A stretch of DNA of 64,000 bases from Spirochaetaceae bacterium (GCA_965224705.1 OZ245056.1:1312001-1376000); one strand, 5' to 3'; shown: positions 8,833-19,811, counted from the first letter of the stretch. The notes: generated from the sequence alone by a model not told the origin. Numbers and translations: made by a program.

Positions 8833-10007
8833 ATGGATTTAATCACAGAACGACCATTCAAACAATTCTTTGACGAGATTCAGGGATCGACGATCAAGAC
8901 ACTCTGAGTGGCTATGCCTTTCCTGTCTGAATCTGTAGTGAACAACTACATGATTGAGTTTCTTGTCAAACGTAAGACAAAGCTGATTTTTATTACAAAC
9001 CTATCCTCGCTACACATTGCCATGTCGCTCTCTAATCCAGCAAAGCCGCTTCTTAGACTTATGAAGAAACTTGAGAACCGAGTAGAGATAAGAAGAGCAC
9101 AGAATCTTCATGCAAAGCTCCTGCTCGCTGATGAGTGGAGAGGCCTCGCAGGGTCATCCAATTTAACGCAAGGCGGAGACCAAACCAACTGGGAACTTAA
9201 TTTCATGCTGCGAAGGACCAAAGATGATAAGACCAAAATCGCAGAGCTGATAGATTGGTTCGATAGTCGACTTACACAAAGTATCTCTGTAACGAAGAAG
9301 GACTTAGAGGCTATTGAGAAATCATGGAGTATGTACGAAGGGATGCGAAATAGCATAAGACCAGAAGTATGTCTCGGGGGAGAATACTGGAAGAAATTAC
9401 AGCAATTCGCCCATAGGCAAGAAGTTAAATTCGATACAGCACATAAATGGCTAACGGAAAAGGACTCCGAAAAAGAAATAACAAAGAATACAAAGAACAA
9501 GCTGATATTTCTTCGCAACCTTGGTGTCGTATCTGGCTGGGACAAGGATAAAGTCTATATCGCTATACCAAAACCTGAGTTTGTAGACGACCGACTAAAG
9601 AGTGCAAAACTTATTTCCAATCATGTCACTAAATTCAGTGCATTGATCCAGGCCATGGAGCCTGTCGGACTTACGCCTCACGCTCGATTTTTGCCCTTTT
9701 TCCCTGCTGCTGCGTTGCCAAAATACTCACGTAGCCCAGCTACGCTCCGTTTTTGTCGCCTTGCATCAGGAAAAAATCATCAAAAATCGCCTTGAAGTCT
9801 TAAAGTCCGACAGACTCCATGTGTAGGGTGAAGCAAGCTACCTATAAAGATCTTGAGGATTTGCGGTACCCGTGGGTTCATGGACGAACCCACATTATTG
9901 GGGCGAAGTGTGCCCGGCATGACCAATATCCACAGGAATCAAAGGACAAGGATGTTAAAGGTGAAGGGGGAACATGCAGTCGTTCTGTTGGAACGATGAG
10001 TATCTGA
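8833..10007 (+). pseudogene. PLD-family (HKD) nuclease / restriction-endonuclease-like gene, inactivated
   Basis: LHAKLLLAD..GSSNLT motif. An in-frame ATG at 8833 is followed by TGA at 8905-8907. A MITE is inserted at 9657-9818 and the native frame resumes at 9819. Confidence 0.75.
9657..9818 (-). mobile_element. Family A MITE, 162 bp, inserted in the PLD gene
   Basis: Same terminal repeats, 1-bp internal deletion, flanked by an AT/AT duplication. Confidence 0.92.
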
Positions 10008-10407
10008 TCAGATGAGACCAGCCACTGGGGAGTGTTACACCAATTCCTGACGTAACAGGGAAAGAGGAATTATGCGGTCCACTTATCTTTAAGCGTTTCA
10101 ACGACCATGCCTCATGTGTCCTCTAAAAATGCCGGAAGTATTTCCTATCTCCTCCATAGGGACGGCCCGTCCTTTGCCCATAGATAAAGAACCCCTGTGG
10201 TAAATGTTTTTCTATAACCCGAAGATGATGGAGAAAGGCGCGGTGTTCGCAATTCAGCGGTTCGGGGAAACAATCCTGTAGTTCATATTTAAGCGGCAGG
10301 GCAATCGCATCTAATTCTATCCCAAAAAGAATGAAGAAGACTGATTTTGGGGGATCGAATGGAGTTTCCTTCAATAGTAGGAGTTTGTCAACTTTTTGTT
10401 ATCATTG

Positions 10408-11648
10408 TGAGGTGGTAACTTGTCAAGTTAACGGTCCACTTTTTTCATGAAACTCATGATGACCTGTCTTTCAAGCTGTCAAATGAATCCCTATGGCCTC
10501 ATTGGCCGATCGTCCACCTATAATATCCGCCGTGGGCAGTTGTTTACCCAATCCTGTATCTCCCTGATCTCCTTCTTGCTGTAGCACCCTATATCACTAC
10601 CTCCGGGTATGAATCGCCGTACCACGCCATTGGCATTTTCATTGCTTCCCCGCTCCCACGATGAGTATGGGTGCGCGTAGTAAATAGTTGATCTCTTGCC
10701 CCGGGTCAGGCAGGAGCGTTCCATCTTCTGGCTGTCCATAAATTCACAGCCGTTGTCGCATGTGATTGACTTAAACACCTTCCGAAACTGCCGACTGCCC
10801 AGCTTTCTCTCTATCTTATCCAGAGTTTTTACCAGGCTCTTTGATGTCCCGTCGGGCAGCTTTTCCATCATGATAAACCGTCCTGATCGCTCAAGGAGAG
10901 TCATCAGAGTTTGTTTGCCCCTGCCTTCAGCTCCGACAATGCTATCGATTTCCCAATGACCAAATTCTTCCCGTTTTTCAATATAATCCGGTCGGGTTGA
11001 AATACTCTTCATGGCTGACTTTGCTCTGTTGTGCTTCTTATAGCCTTTTGAGCCCTTCTTATGCCTTCTTTTGCCCCGGAGCAGGCAATCCCTGGCATCC
11101 CCCAGCAGACCTTCATGAATATACCGGTAGAGGGTTCTTGTGCTGATTCTTGTGTCCGTTGGCCATGAGAGCTTCTTATAGTGCATGATGACCGCGTCAG
11201 GGCTGTATTTCTTTGCAAGGAGCTTTCTGATTTCCTTGACAAGTTTGTAATCGGCACCAGGCTTCAATTCGGGCCCCTTTGCTTCAAGCTCCCTACGAGC
11301 CTTCCCCTGGGCAATATCTGCGCTATAGGTCTGATACTCAGATAAGTCACTATTGCGAAGCCTGACGGCCCCTCGGTTGAGTTCTCTTCGTATGCTTCTT
11401 TCACAGCGATCCAGGATGCTCGCCATCTGTTTGATTCTTATCCTGTCCTTCCCTTTTTTGCGACTCATTCTTTCCAGAATAAGCCGTTCTTCCCAGTTGA
11501 AGTATTTCCCCCTTCTACTGCTCGTGTTATTGTACTCTTGCCCCATGTTAACTCCTGTTTTGTTTGTTTTAAGTAGTATACATGAGTTTCATGGGGCTTT
11601 TTTACCCTCCTTATTGCGGACAGTTAATGTTACAATTCACCACCTCAA
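10408..11648 (-). mobile_element. IS30-family insertion sequence
   Basis: Imperfect inverted ends TGAGGTGGTAACTTGTCAAGTTAACGGTCCAC / GCGGACAGTTAATGTTACAATTCACCACCTCA around an IS30 transposase; about 1.24 kb. Confidence 0.85.
10471..11546 (-). pseudogene. IS30-family transposase, frameshifted near the C-terminus
   Basis: FGHWEIDSIVG, SITCDNGCEF and HPYSSWERGSNENANG motifs. Premature TAG at 10518; removing 2 bp restores a 15-aa tail ending at 10471. Confidence 0.85.
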
Positions 11649-11866
11649 GTTTCATGGGACTTCTTCTTCTTGTTATAGCGGACAGTTAATTGTACAATTC
11701 ACCGATATATGACTGAGCAGTAGATCTGGATCTCCTTAAGTCTTCAAAGTATGATGATGATCAAATCGGAGGAAACAGTGATATTGTCAGCATTTCATTT
11801 CGATAAGTGGTTATACGCAACACTTTTTTTGTACGTTCTTCGCATGCAGAAACCCGGAGGTTTAAC

Positions 11867-12466
11867 ATGAACCCAGATTTGTTTTTTGATGCTCTTGGTT
11901 TCTATCGGTGGACGATCATACCTTTTGGTTTGTTTCTTGGTTTACTTGGTTACCGAATGTACAAAATCTCCCTGTATATTATCGGCCTTTTCCTCGGAAT
12001 TACCATCAGTCCCTGGCTCGGAGGGATCCTCGGCAATGAAAATCTGGGGCTGATATTGGGAATTCTCCTCGGAGTGACCCTGGGAGTTGTGACGCATATA
12101 GTGTTTCGACTCGGTCTTTTCATTGCAGGGATGACAGGAGGTTACATCGTTGTCAGCCTTGTCATACCGGAATTGAATGCTGACCTCAGCTCTATACAGG
12201 AATTGGGATGGTATGCCATAGCTGTTGTCAGCGGCGGATTGTTGACGATCCTTCTATACAAGTTTTTTATTATTCTAATTATCACTATAATCGGGACTTA
12301 TATGATATATATGACGACGAATCAATTTCTTCCACCAGAGATAGAAAGCTGGTCATGGGTTCTCTATGTCATTCTTCTTCTCGTTTTTTTCATCGTTCAG
12401 ATTTCAGCTCGCAATGGGCATCCGGATCCCATGACAAGGATTCGGCGACAACGCCGTTGGCGCTGA
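11867..12466 (+). CDS. Multi-pass membrane protein (DUF4203-like)
   Basis: GGAGG RBS before ATG 11867; Gly-rich transmembrane helices; LLGYRMYK motif. Confidence 0.7.
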   Translation: MNPDLFFDALGFYRWTIIPFGLFLGLLGYRMYKISLYIIGLFLGITISPWLGGILGNENLGLILGILLGVTLGVVTHIVFRLGLFIAGMTGGYIVVSLVIPELNADLSSIQELGWYAIAVVSGGLLTILLYKFFIILIITIIGTYMIYMTTNQFLPPEIESWSWVLYVILLLVFFIVQISARNGHPDPMTRIRRQRRWR

Positions 12467-14305
12467 TCACCGCTGCTTATTCCTCCCCGACCTGACATCC
12501 CGGCCAATTTCACGGCTTTCCAGGGTCTTCCCAAGGAATTCCCTGACGGTTTCAGCAACTTCATCTCCAACGCCAGCTGTTTGTGCAATTTCAGCGGCAC
12601 TTCTTTCGTAAATACCTTCCAGGGTTTTAAATGACTTCATAAGCCTGGCACTTCTTGCCGGACCAATTCCCGGTACTCCTTCCAGCGTTGACAGAGTAAT
12701 GTCTTTCGAGCGAAGAAGTTGATTTCGGGCAGTTGCAGTTCGATGAGCTTCATCCCGAACATGCTGCAGTATGCGTAAACCAGGATCACCAGGCGGCAGC
12801 CATACGGGATCAACACGATGAGGCAGCCATATTTCTTCATTCTTCTTTGCCAGCCCCAGTAGAGCAGTTTTTTTGTCGATCTCCAATGCTTTCAGTATAT
12901 TTAACGCCGCAGAAACCTGGCCGCGGCCTCCATCAACCAGAATTAAATCCGGTAGAGGTGATTCTTCATTGAGCAGGTGCTGACACCGTCTGCCCACGAC
13001 TTCCGCTATCGATTTATAGTCGTCAATGGCTCCGTCCGTGCTTTTGATTCCATAGAGTCTGTAGCCGCTTTTGTCTGGACGGCCATCCAGAAAAGATACC
13101 TGTGAGGCGACTGTATGCTTTCCGTGAAGATGAGCGATGTCGAAACCTTCAATTCGAAGGGGAATTTCAGGCAGGGACAGGATGCGCTTGAGTTCTTCCA
13201 GAGCAGGAAGATCTCCTTCTTTCCGAATAATGCGATCCAGTTCTGCCTCTGCATTCTGCCTGGCCATGGCCAGAATGGCCACATCTTTTTTTTTCTCAGG
13301 GATCTGAATCTGTAAGAGGTTGTTATCATCTTCCTTAAAAAACTGTTCAACGAGGGGGCTGGGAGCCTCTGGAATAAACAGAACGCCAGGACGCGGACGG
13401 TTATTTTTAGCATAGTACTGAAGAAGAAATTCCGGCAGAGCCTCTCCTGCATCACCAGCATACTCATTGAAATACAGTTGACGATCTGCAACCAGTCCCT
13501 CCCTCGTCTGAAGAACGGCGAAAACAATGTGCCGTCCTGAAACTGCATAATCCATATAGTCCCGTGCATCCTCATTGAAATCCATCACGGTATGCTCTGC
13601 GTCCAGAACATCCAGGGTTCCAAGGGCATCTCTGAGTTCAGCGGCTTTTTCAAAATTGAGTTCCGCTGCAGCAGATTTCATATTCTTTTCCAGTTCTTTA
13701 CGGAAACCAATGGTTTGTCCTGCCAGCAAGGTGCGTATCTTTTTTACACTTTTACCGTATTCATCCTCATCTACGTTGCCAATGCAGGGTGCTGAACAGC
13801 GTTTTATGTGGTAGTACAGGCAGGGGTTGTCTCTTTTTTTCAAGGATTTACACCGTCTCATGGGATAGAGTTTATGTATAAGTTCAATATAGATATCCAC
13901 TGCTTTGGCCTGAGGATAGGGACCATAGTAATCGGATCCATCCTGTAAAACGCGCCGGGTTCGAAATATTCTGGGGAACTTTTCATTTGTAATTCGTATT
14001 ACCGGATAAGTTTTTCCATCTTTGAGAGTGATGTTGTACTGAGGGTTGTATTTCTTGATAAGGGCATTTTCCAATACCAATGCTTCATATTCCGTTGAAG
14101 TAAGAATAGCATCAATATCCTCAGTATTTCTCATAAGAAAACTGGTTTTAATGCCAAGCTTTCCTGAGAAATAGGAGGAAACACGAGATCTGAGATTTCT
14201 TGCCTTTCCCACGTAGATAACTTCTTTTTTTTTGTTGCGCATTACATAGACCCCCGGAGTTACAGGGAATGCCGCAATTTCAGTTTTAATTCTATTCGTA
14301 TTCAC
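12467..14305 (-). CDS. uvrC: Excinuclease ABC subunit C
   Basis: GIY-YIG (PGVYVM..IYVGKARNLRSRV), RIEGFDIAH, LILVDGGRGQ, RDEAHR and C-terminal HhH. Confidence 0.97.
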   Translation of the reverse strand: MNTNRIKTEIAAFPVTPGVYVMRNKKKEVIYVGKARNLRSRVSSYFSGKLGIKTSFLMRNTEDIDAILTSTEYEALVLENALIKKYNPQYNITLKDGKTYPVIRITNEKFPRIFRTRRVLQDGSDYYGPYPQAKAVDIYIELIHKLYPMRRCKSLKKRDNPCLYYHIKRCSAPCIGNVDEDEYGKSVKKIRTLLAGQTIGFRKELEKNMKSAAAELNFEKAAELRDALGTLDVLDAEHTVMDFNEDARDYMDYAVSGRHIVFAVLQTREGLVADRQLYFNEYAGDAGEALPEFLLQYYAKNNRPRPGVLFIPEAPSPLVEQFFKEDDNNLLQIQIPEKKKDVAILAMARQNAEAELDRIIRKEGDLPALEELKRILSLPEIPLRIEGFDIAHLHGKHTVASQVSFLDGRPDKSGYRLYGIKSTDGAIDDYKSIAEVVGRRCQHLLNEESPLPDLILVDGGRGQVSAALNILKALEIDKKTALLGLAKKNEEIWLPHRVDPVWLPPGDPGLRILQHVRDEAHRTATARNQLLRSKDITLSTLEGVPGIGPARSARLMKSFKTLEGIYERSAAEIAQTAGVGDEVAETVREFLGKTLESREIGRDVRSGRNKQR

Positions 14306-14396
14306 CCTTGAATCTTTCGTTTTTGGTCTGGCGGGGGAGTTCTTTTAGAGATGTCCCTCAATATACCGATACTAGCATTAAACTGGAAAAATTGAA

Positions 14397-15662
14397 ATGA
14401 AAAAAATCATACTGATAATCGCTGGATACTTCATCCTGACATTCCATTTTCTACAGGCAGAATCCATACGCTATGGAGGAGAATCCGGATGGAACAACAC
14501 CCTCCTCCTCAATTTGCGTCAAATCGAAGGATGGATGGGTAAAAGTGCTTTAACACTGGCCCCACCTGGCAGAAATCCTTTTTCAGACGAAAACTCTGAT
14601 ACCGGATCCATTGACATGCTTTTACTGTCAGAGTCTGGAGGATTGATCAATCCACCTTCACTATATGATATTGAAGGCAGTTATAGAATCTCACAAAATG
14701 TTCCCGGAAGAAGCAATACTTCCATTCGCCCCGGCAGAGGCGGCCTGAAACTCTTCCCTTCCCCGGATGCGATGTGGTCGCCAGGTCGAATATGGGGGGA
14801 TTTCACTCTGGAATTCAGATTGAAGCCGTCAATACTCAGAGAGGGAGAGGTCTTTTTTTCATGGGAAGGTCGGGATAAATCCGGGAGAACTCAGTCTGTT
14901 ACAGCTCAGGTAAAAAAACGACGGCTTGTATGGAAGTTTGAGCATTTTTTTCAGAAAAGTTTTCCAAGATCTCTCGCGTTTTCGCTTACCAGCACACCCC
15001 TTGTTCCTGAGGTATGGAATCATCACAGGATTCGATTCAAATTCGATGATTCTTCGCCGGATAATACTGGTTCCTCTTCAGGCTATCTTGAATACCTCAT
15101 TGATGGTATTCCAGTCGATTCAATGTTTACAACTCATGATGGTCGAGAGGGACGGAATATCTTTGTACCCCGTATTGGTGAGTTATCAAATCAACCCATA
15201 CACCTTGCCCCTGATTTCAATGGCTACTTTGATGAATTTCAACTTAACTCTACAACTTTAACTGATCATCCATCTGGTTCTTATATTAACCAGAATGCAG
15301 CTATAAATGGGAAGGGACGTACCACACCCATTTCTGCTGGTTATCCAACTTCTTCTTTGACAGGGATTACAGCTCGATTTGATACTCCGGGTCTTTCGCA
15401 GATACGATTTTTTGCCCAGGCATTTGACTCTGAATCAGCTGCATTCGCGGCAGGTTTCCCAGATCCTGGTAATCCTGACTGGGTTGAATTGAAAATGAAA
15501 GCAGAATCTGAAGATCCAATGGGTTTTGGCAATTGGTACGATGGAGAGCCGGAGGCAATCATTGTTGGCCGGTACTTCGTCGTTGGATATGTATTCCAAC
15601 CGGATCCTGCCAGGGATAGCGCACCAGTTCTTTCCGTACTTGACGTGATCTATGCTCCTTGA
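14397..15662 (+). CDS. Secreted LamG/concanavalin-like domain protein, C-terminus probably truncated
   Basis: Signal peptide; DFTLEFRLKP, WNHHRI, YLIDG and FNGYFDEF LamG-like motifs. Confidence 0.65.
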   Translation: MKKIILIIAGYFILTFHFLQAESIRYGGESGWNNTLLLNLRQIEGWMGKSALTLAPPGRNPFSDENSDTGSIDMLLLSESGGLINPPSLYDIEGSYRISQNVPGRSNTSIRPGRGGLKLFPSPDAMWSPGRIWGDFTLEFRLKPSILREGEVFFSWEGRDKSGRTQSVTAQVKKRRLVWKFEHFFQKSFPRSLAFSLTSTPLVPEVWNHHRIRFKFDDSSPDNTGSSSGYLEYLIDGIPVDSMFTTHDGREGRNIFVPRIGELSNQPIHLAPDFNGYFDEFQLNSTTLTDHPSGSYINQNAAINGKGRTTPISAGYPTSSLTGITARFDTPGLSQIRFFAQAFDSESAAFAAGFPDPGNPDWVELKMKAESEDPMGFGNWYDGEPEAIIVGRYFVVGYVFQPDPARDSAPVLSVLDVIYAP

Positions 15663-15771
15663 TTTCCTCCCTGTTCACCGAGGGGGCCAACACCGGAATA
15701 AAATGGCAGGAATTTCCTGGAGTTCTGCCATGGAGGCCGATGCTGACACGAAGAGCTGTTTCCGATGAAAA

Positions 15772-18189
15772 CTAATCTGATTTGAATTTCCCTATCAGTA
15801 CATCCCAGAAGTATTTGAAATAGCCTCCATTGGAGTTGCTGCCGCCAACCAACCATATCTCCCCGTTATATATTACGGCACTGGTGTATGCACGCCGTAC
15901 ACTATAATGATCGGAGCTTCCTATTCTATCTGCATTACTCTCTGAGCTGCTCCAATCCTTACCATTGACTGTAGACCATAGACCACCAGTTTGCCCGGCA
16001 ATCAACCACAGTCTGCCATCATTTACAAGAGCAATCTTCCCAGAGTCCGACACCCATGGAGCTTCCGCAGCTTCCTGCGTCCAGGAAGGGTCCCCAGCCG
16101 TATAACTCCAGACATCGTTAAGATTATCTCTTTCATACTCCTTATATACTTCATCATATCTGGTGCCAAAACCACCGATGAAGAATATTTTTTCAACACT
16201 GTCAACAGTAAACACAGCAGCACTCGCGGCCAGACGTCCGGACCATCCTGCACTGTCCATGACTTTCATCCACACCTTTCCGTCATCCGAACTCCAGACA
16301 TCATTGAACAACTCATCCTCATCGAAACTGTCATCGATATTATCGCTTCCGCCGAATAGCCAAATAGATCCATCATACACCACGGTGGAGTGACCATAAC
16401 GGGGGGCCCAGATATCACTATCATCGGTGCCGCTCCCGGATCCAGATGATTCCTTTCGCCAGTTTTTGCCATCCGCCGAAGACCAGACATCATTAAGAAG
16501 ATGGGCGTCACCATTATCATCAACCGAGTAGCCGCCGAATATCCACATACGTTCCTCACCACCAACGGAGAACACCACACTGCTATGATCCGAACGGGCG
16601 GCCCAGGGAGCATCATCGACTTCAATGTTCCACTTCACACCATCCGTGGAACTCAAAACAGAGTCTCTACGGCTTGAGTAAACTCTTTTGTCACCACTAT
16701 GAAGAGTTCCAATACCGCCCAATAGCCAAACTCTGTCCTTGAACACCAGGCTGGTATGGCTTACAGGAATATTATCGACCGCCCCATAATTGTACTTATG
16801 GCTTTGCCTCCACTCAATCGCAATGCCGGATGTCTCAGTGCTTTCAGATGACTCAGTACCTTCCGATGACTCAGAACTCTCAGATGACTCAGTACTCTCA
16901 GATGACTCAGTACCTTCAGATGGCTCAGTGTTGCCAGATGGTTCAGTCTTGTCAGATTTAACATTGGGCTCGAATTGTTTCATAGCAGAATCAAGGAGTT
17001 GAGAATCAAAGAGTTGGGCCAGTCTGTCAAATGCGATATCGGATATTTTCATTTCTACTCCATCAATAATGAAGGAGCCAGAAAACCGATTCTGTGCGGA
17101 GGATTCGGCAGAGGAGCCCAATGCATATAAACTCGACATCGCAAGTTGTTTGAATTCGATTTTTGCACCAGATGCTGCCGCAGTACCATCCCAAATGGAG
17201 GTGACTTCTCTAAATTCTTTTTCGCCTGATGCGTTCTCCGTACTATCCTTTGTGTATTTGGAGTTGATGATAGTCGCGGTGTTTAGATCCAACTCAAGAT
17301 CATTATAGGCCGCCAATCCATTAGCCGGGGGGATATGCATCCTCAAATCGAGTCTCCAGCCCTCTTCCCAGGAACCATCAGGAGCCGCAGCAAAACCATC
17401 AGCAATTTTTTTCCTTCGATTATAATACTCGCCCCTATCACTCAGCCCAAAGGACTCAAGACTTCCATCACCATCCTTCAGCGTCAACGCGAATTTAAGG
17501 CTTGATAAGTCGAATAATTCTGCATAATTTCTCTCATCAAACCCTGCCATTGCGGTATTTATTTTTTTCAGGAATTTCACCAGCTTATTCCAGGGTCTCA
17601 AAGCCTGAGTATTTATCTTTTTATCTTCCCCGCCATCACGGCTTTTAATCATGATGGAACCGGATTGGATATCACCATCTTTTCCGAACCAAGTTCCATC
17701 GTACGCAATGGGAATCTTCCTATCGAGTGGAGTACTTGCCTCCATACTGTCCAGAACTTCAAATTCAATATCCCCATCCATACTCCAGCTATCATCAACA
17801 TAGACGGAAATTTTGACGGTTCCTGCGACCTTTCCGCCATCAGGAAATTTCACAACAATTATCTTGATCGGCTGTTCAATTTCAGCGGCCAGAGCCTGTA
17901 CGGACGAGGAAGCAGTAATCTGCTCAACCCTGCCTGTTACTCCTTCATAGGTTACATCGGAACCTTGAGCCAGCTGTTCATTATTAACCACCTGTTCTTC
18001 AATCGCAGATATGAAGCCGACAGATTTATCTGCAGCCGCAAGCTGATCATCGGCCAAAGTCGGCAATGTCACTACCGAGCTGTCATCAGCGGCAGGCTCA
18101 ATTGAAGGATCAAAGATGTTCTGACATCCTGCCAGGAATAGAATGGAGGTCAATCCAAACAGAATGTACCATTTATTTCTTTTTAACAT
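15772..18189 (-). CDS. Large lipoprotein with Ser/Glu linker and C-terminal Kelch-type beta-propeller
   Basis: Lipobox LAGC; repeated H/S..VVF..MWIFGG..NDVWSSxDGxxW units. Confidence 0.8.
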   Translation of the reverse strand: MLKRNKWYILFGLTSILFLAGCQNIFDPSIEPAADDSSVVTLPTLADDQLAAADKSVGFISAIEEQVVNNEQLAQGSDVTYEGVTGRVEQITASSSVQALAAEIEQPIKIIVVKFPDGGKVAGTVKISVYVDDSWSMDGDIEFEVLDSMEASTPLDRKIPIAYDGTWFGKDGDIQSGSIMIKSRDGGEDKKINTQALRPWNKLVKFLKKINTAMAGFDERNYAELFDLSSLKFALTLKDGDGSLESFGLSDRGEYYNRRKKIADGFAAAPDGSWEEGWRLDLRMHIPPANGLAAYNDLELDLNTATIINSKYTKDSTENASGEKEFREVTSIWDGTAAASGAKIEFKQLAMSSLYALGSSAESSAQNRFSGSFIIDGVEMKISDIAFDRLAQLFDSQLLDSAMKQFEPNVKSDKTEPSGNTEPSEGTESSESTESSESSESSEGTESSESTETSGIAIEWRQSHKYNYGAVDNIPVSHTSLVFKDRVWLLGGIGTLHSGDKRVYSSRRDSVLSSTDGVKWNIEVDDAPWAARSDHSSVVFSVGGEERMWIFGGYSVDDNGDAHLLNDVWSSADGKNWRKESSGSGSGTDDSDIWAPRYGHSTVVYDGSIWLFGGSDNIDDSFDEDELFNDVWSSDDGKVWMKVMDSAGWSGRLAASAAVFTVDSVEKIFFIGGFGTRYDEVYKEYERDNLNDVWSYTAGDPSWTQEAAEAPWVSDSGKIALVNDGRLWLIAGQTGGLWSTVNGKDWSSSESNADRIGSSDHYSVRRAYTSAVIYNGEIWLVGGSNSNGGYFKYFWDVLIGKFKSD
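16834..16957. repeat. 18-bp tandem repeat (about 7 degenerate units) encoding ESSEST-like hexapeptides
   Basis: GATGACTCAGTACYYTCA-like units visible in the sequence. Confidence 0.85.
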
Positions 18190-18324
18190 GATGAACTCTC
18201 CTCTCCACGCATATCACAGCGACTATACTGAGAATCAGTATAAAACCTGCTGCATCGTTTATATAATGACAATATACTGGTTATCAGTGTAAAAACAACT
18301 TCTTTTTTACTTAATAGCAAATAC

Positions 18325-19020
18325 CTACCCTTCAAATTTGTTAATTAAATACTCACTTGAAAGATTTTTTGCTACATCATAAGGATCACAATGCTGCCCT
18401 TCCTCGTTGAAGTCTATGGGGCCAATTTTTTTGGCCAGGGCAAGTGCGTGTCCATGAAGATATTTGTTCCGATGTCCAATTCCCTGCACAGCGACCCCCA
18501 TTGCCAGCAAGACTTGCTTATCGGCTTCAGCATAATGCTGCTCAATGTAACGAAGATATCCTGAGAAGTATTGATCGTCCGGAGCATTTTTCTTCTTTGA
18601 TTTTGATAATTCATATAGAAGACCGTATCCACAGCGTTTACGGGTCTCATCATTACCTGGAATCCAGTCCTTTATCAGGTCCAAAACAAAATCAGTCTTA
18701 CCAAGAGTGGCATCACAGGACGAGAAGACATGACACAGATATCCTCCTTCCAATTGCTCAACCTGTGCTTCAATCTGCTCCCTTGTAATTTTTTTGGGGT
18801 CATCAATCAGCATTGAAATTATTCTTGCATCATAATTATCAGTTTCCCAGAGTTCGGCTGCTAATTCAGCGTTCCGACCAATTTTCTTCGCAAGTTTCCG
18901 AAGAACGGTTAAGCCTATTCCGAAACTGTTCAAATTGCTCCGGTTCATCTTTTTCCAGTTTTCGATACCTCGCTGATTTTTATTATCATCTAATAGTTTG
19001 AAAACTTCATTTTTCTTCAT
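18325..19020 (-). CDS. DNA alkylation repair protein (AlkD-like, HEAT repeat)
   Basis: FGIGLTVLRKLAKKIGRNAELAAELWETDNYDARI motif. Confidence 0.85.
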   Translation of the reverse strand: MKKNEVFKLLDDNKNQRGIENWKKMNRSNLNSFGIGLTVLRKLAKKIGRNAELAAELWETDNYDARIISMLIDDPKKITREQIEAQVEQLEGGYLCHVFSSCDATLGKTDFVLDLIKDWIPGNDETRKRCGYGLLYELSKSKKKNAPDDQYFSGYLRYIEQHYAEADKQVLLAMGVAVQGIGHRNKYLHGHALALAKKIGPIDFNEEGQHCDPYDVAKNLSSEYLINKFEG

Positions 19021-19117
19021 AACTCCTTAATTATCGTTTATACCTGAGTAGTTTTGCAAGGAAGTCTACATAGGATAGGGGGAAAGAATTCCCGATACTA
19101 CTGAGTTTCCCGTACCC

Positions 19118-19742
19118 AGTGTCAGAAAGCCTGTAAAACCTCCTTCAACCCATCCCGGAAGTCCAATCTCATCCTAAACCTTCACATATCCGCCTGAGAT
19201 TGGCAAACCCGGTCTCATAGATGAACTCGGACTCACTTCCGGCGAAGATGTTGATGTGGTTGGGACAGTATTGAGAGAAGGAAAAGGACTCCAGTCCATC
19301 TGCGGCCATGGGGAGTTTTTTCAGCAGCCGGGCATGGATTGCCATGGCGGAACGGGCCAGTCTTTCACATCGATTCTGTACCGTATCGGAAGAAACCTCC
19401 AGATGACGGCTGATGTCATTCACACCGGAAGAGGTCACCATCTGCTGTAGAAGTTCCTCGTAGTCGATGACTTTTTTCGCATAGTAATCGATTGAAAAAG
19501 TCTGGGCGGAAAAGGTTCTTTTGCAGTCATTGCAAATGTAGCGCTGGACTGTTCCAAATGCTTCTGTGTGGTAGGAACTGTGTATCGAAAACCAGTTTTT
19601 TTGCTCTGGGGCACTGAAATGGATACATTTCGGGTTGGGGCAGTGAGGGAATAGCATGGTCAAACTCCTTATAAATTGTTTTCTTACTATGTTATAACGA
19701 ACCTGACAGGGGTTTTGCTGCATTAACAAGCTTTCTGACACT
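19118..19742 (-). mobile_element. Family B element (625 bp), internally deleted IS1-like insertion sequence
   Basis: Termini AGTGTCAGAAAGC / GCTTTCTGACACT enclose a truncated transposase. Confidence 0.85.
19169..19657 (-). pseudogene. Truncated IS1-like transposase (Zn ribbon, HTH, start of catalytic domain)
   Basis: AAGGAG RBS; CPNPKC...QRYICNDCKRTFS; HTH-like VNDISRHLEVSSDTVQNR; ADGLES; abrupt end. Confidence 0.7.
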
Positions 19743-19811
19743 GAATACAGAAGACATGAAAAAAACTATTGCCAAAGCCTAAGTAGAAATCATACCCTAT
19801 ACATAAATCCC

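Noticed and set aside
8905..8907. TGA as selenocysteine or recoded Trp
   Set aside because: TGA is a normal stop in many genes here, and this gene is independently broken by a MITE.
10123..10374. 83-aa ORF beside IS30
   Set aside because: No motif or RBS; probably spurious or a fragment.
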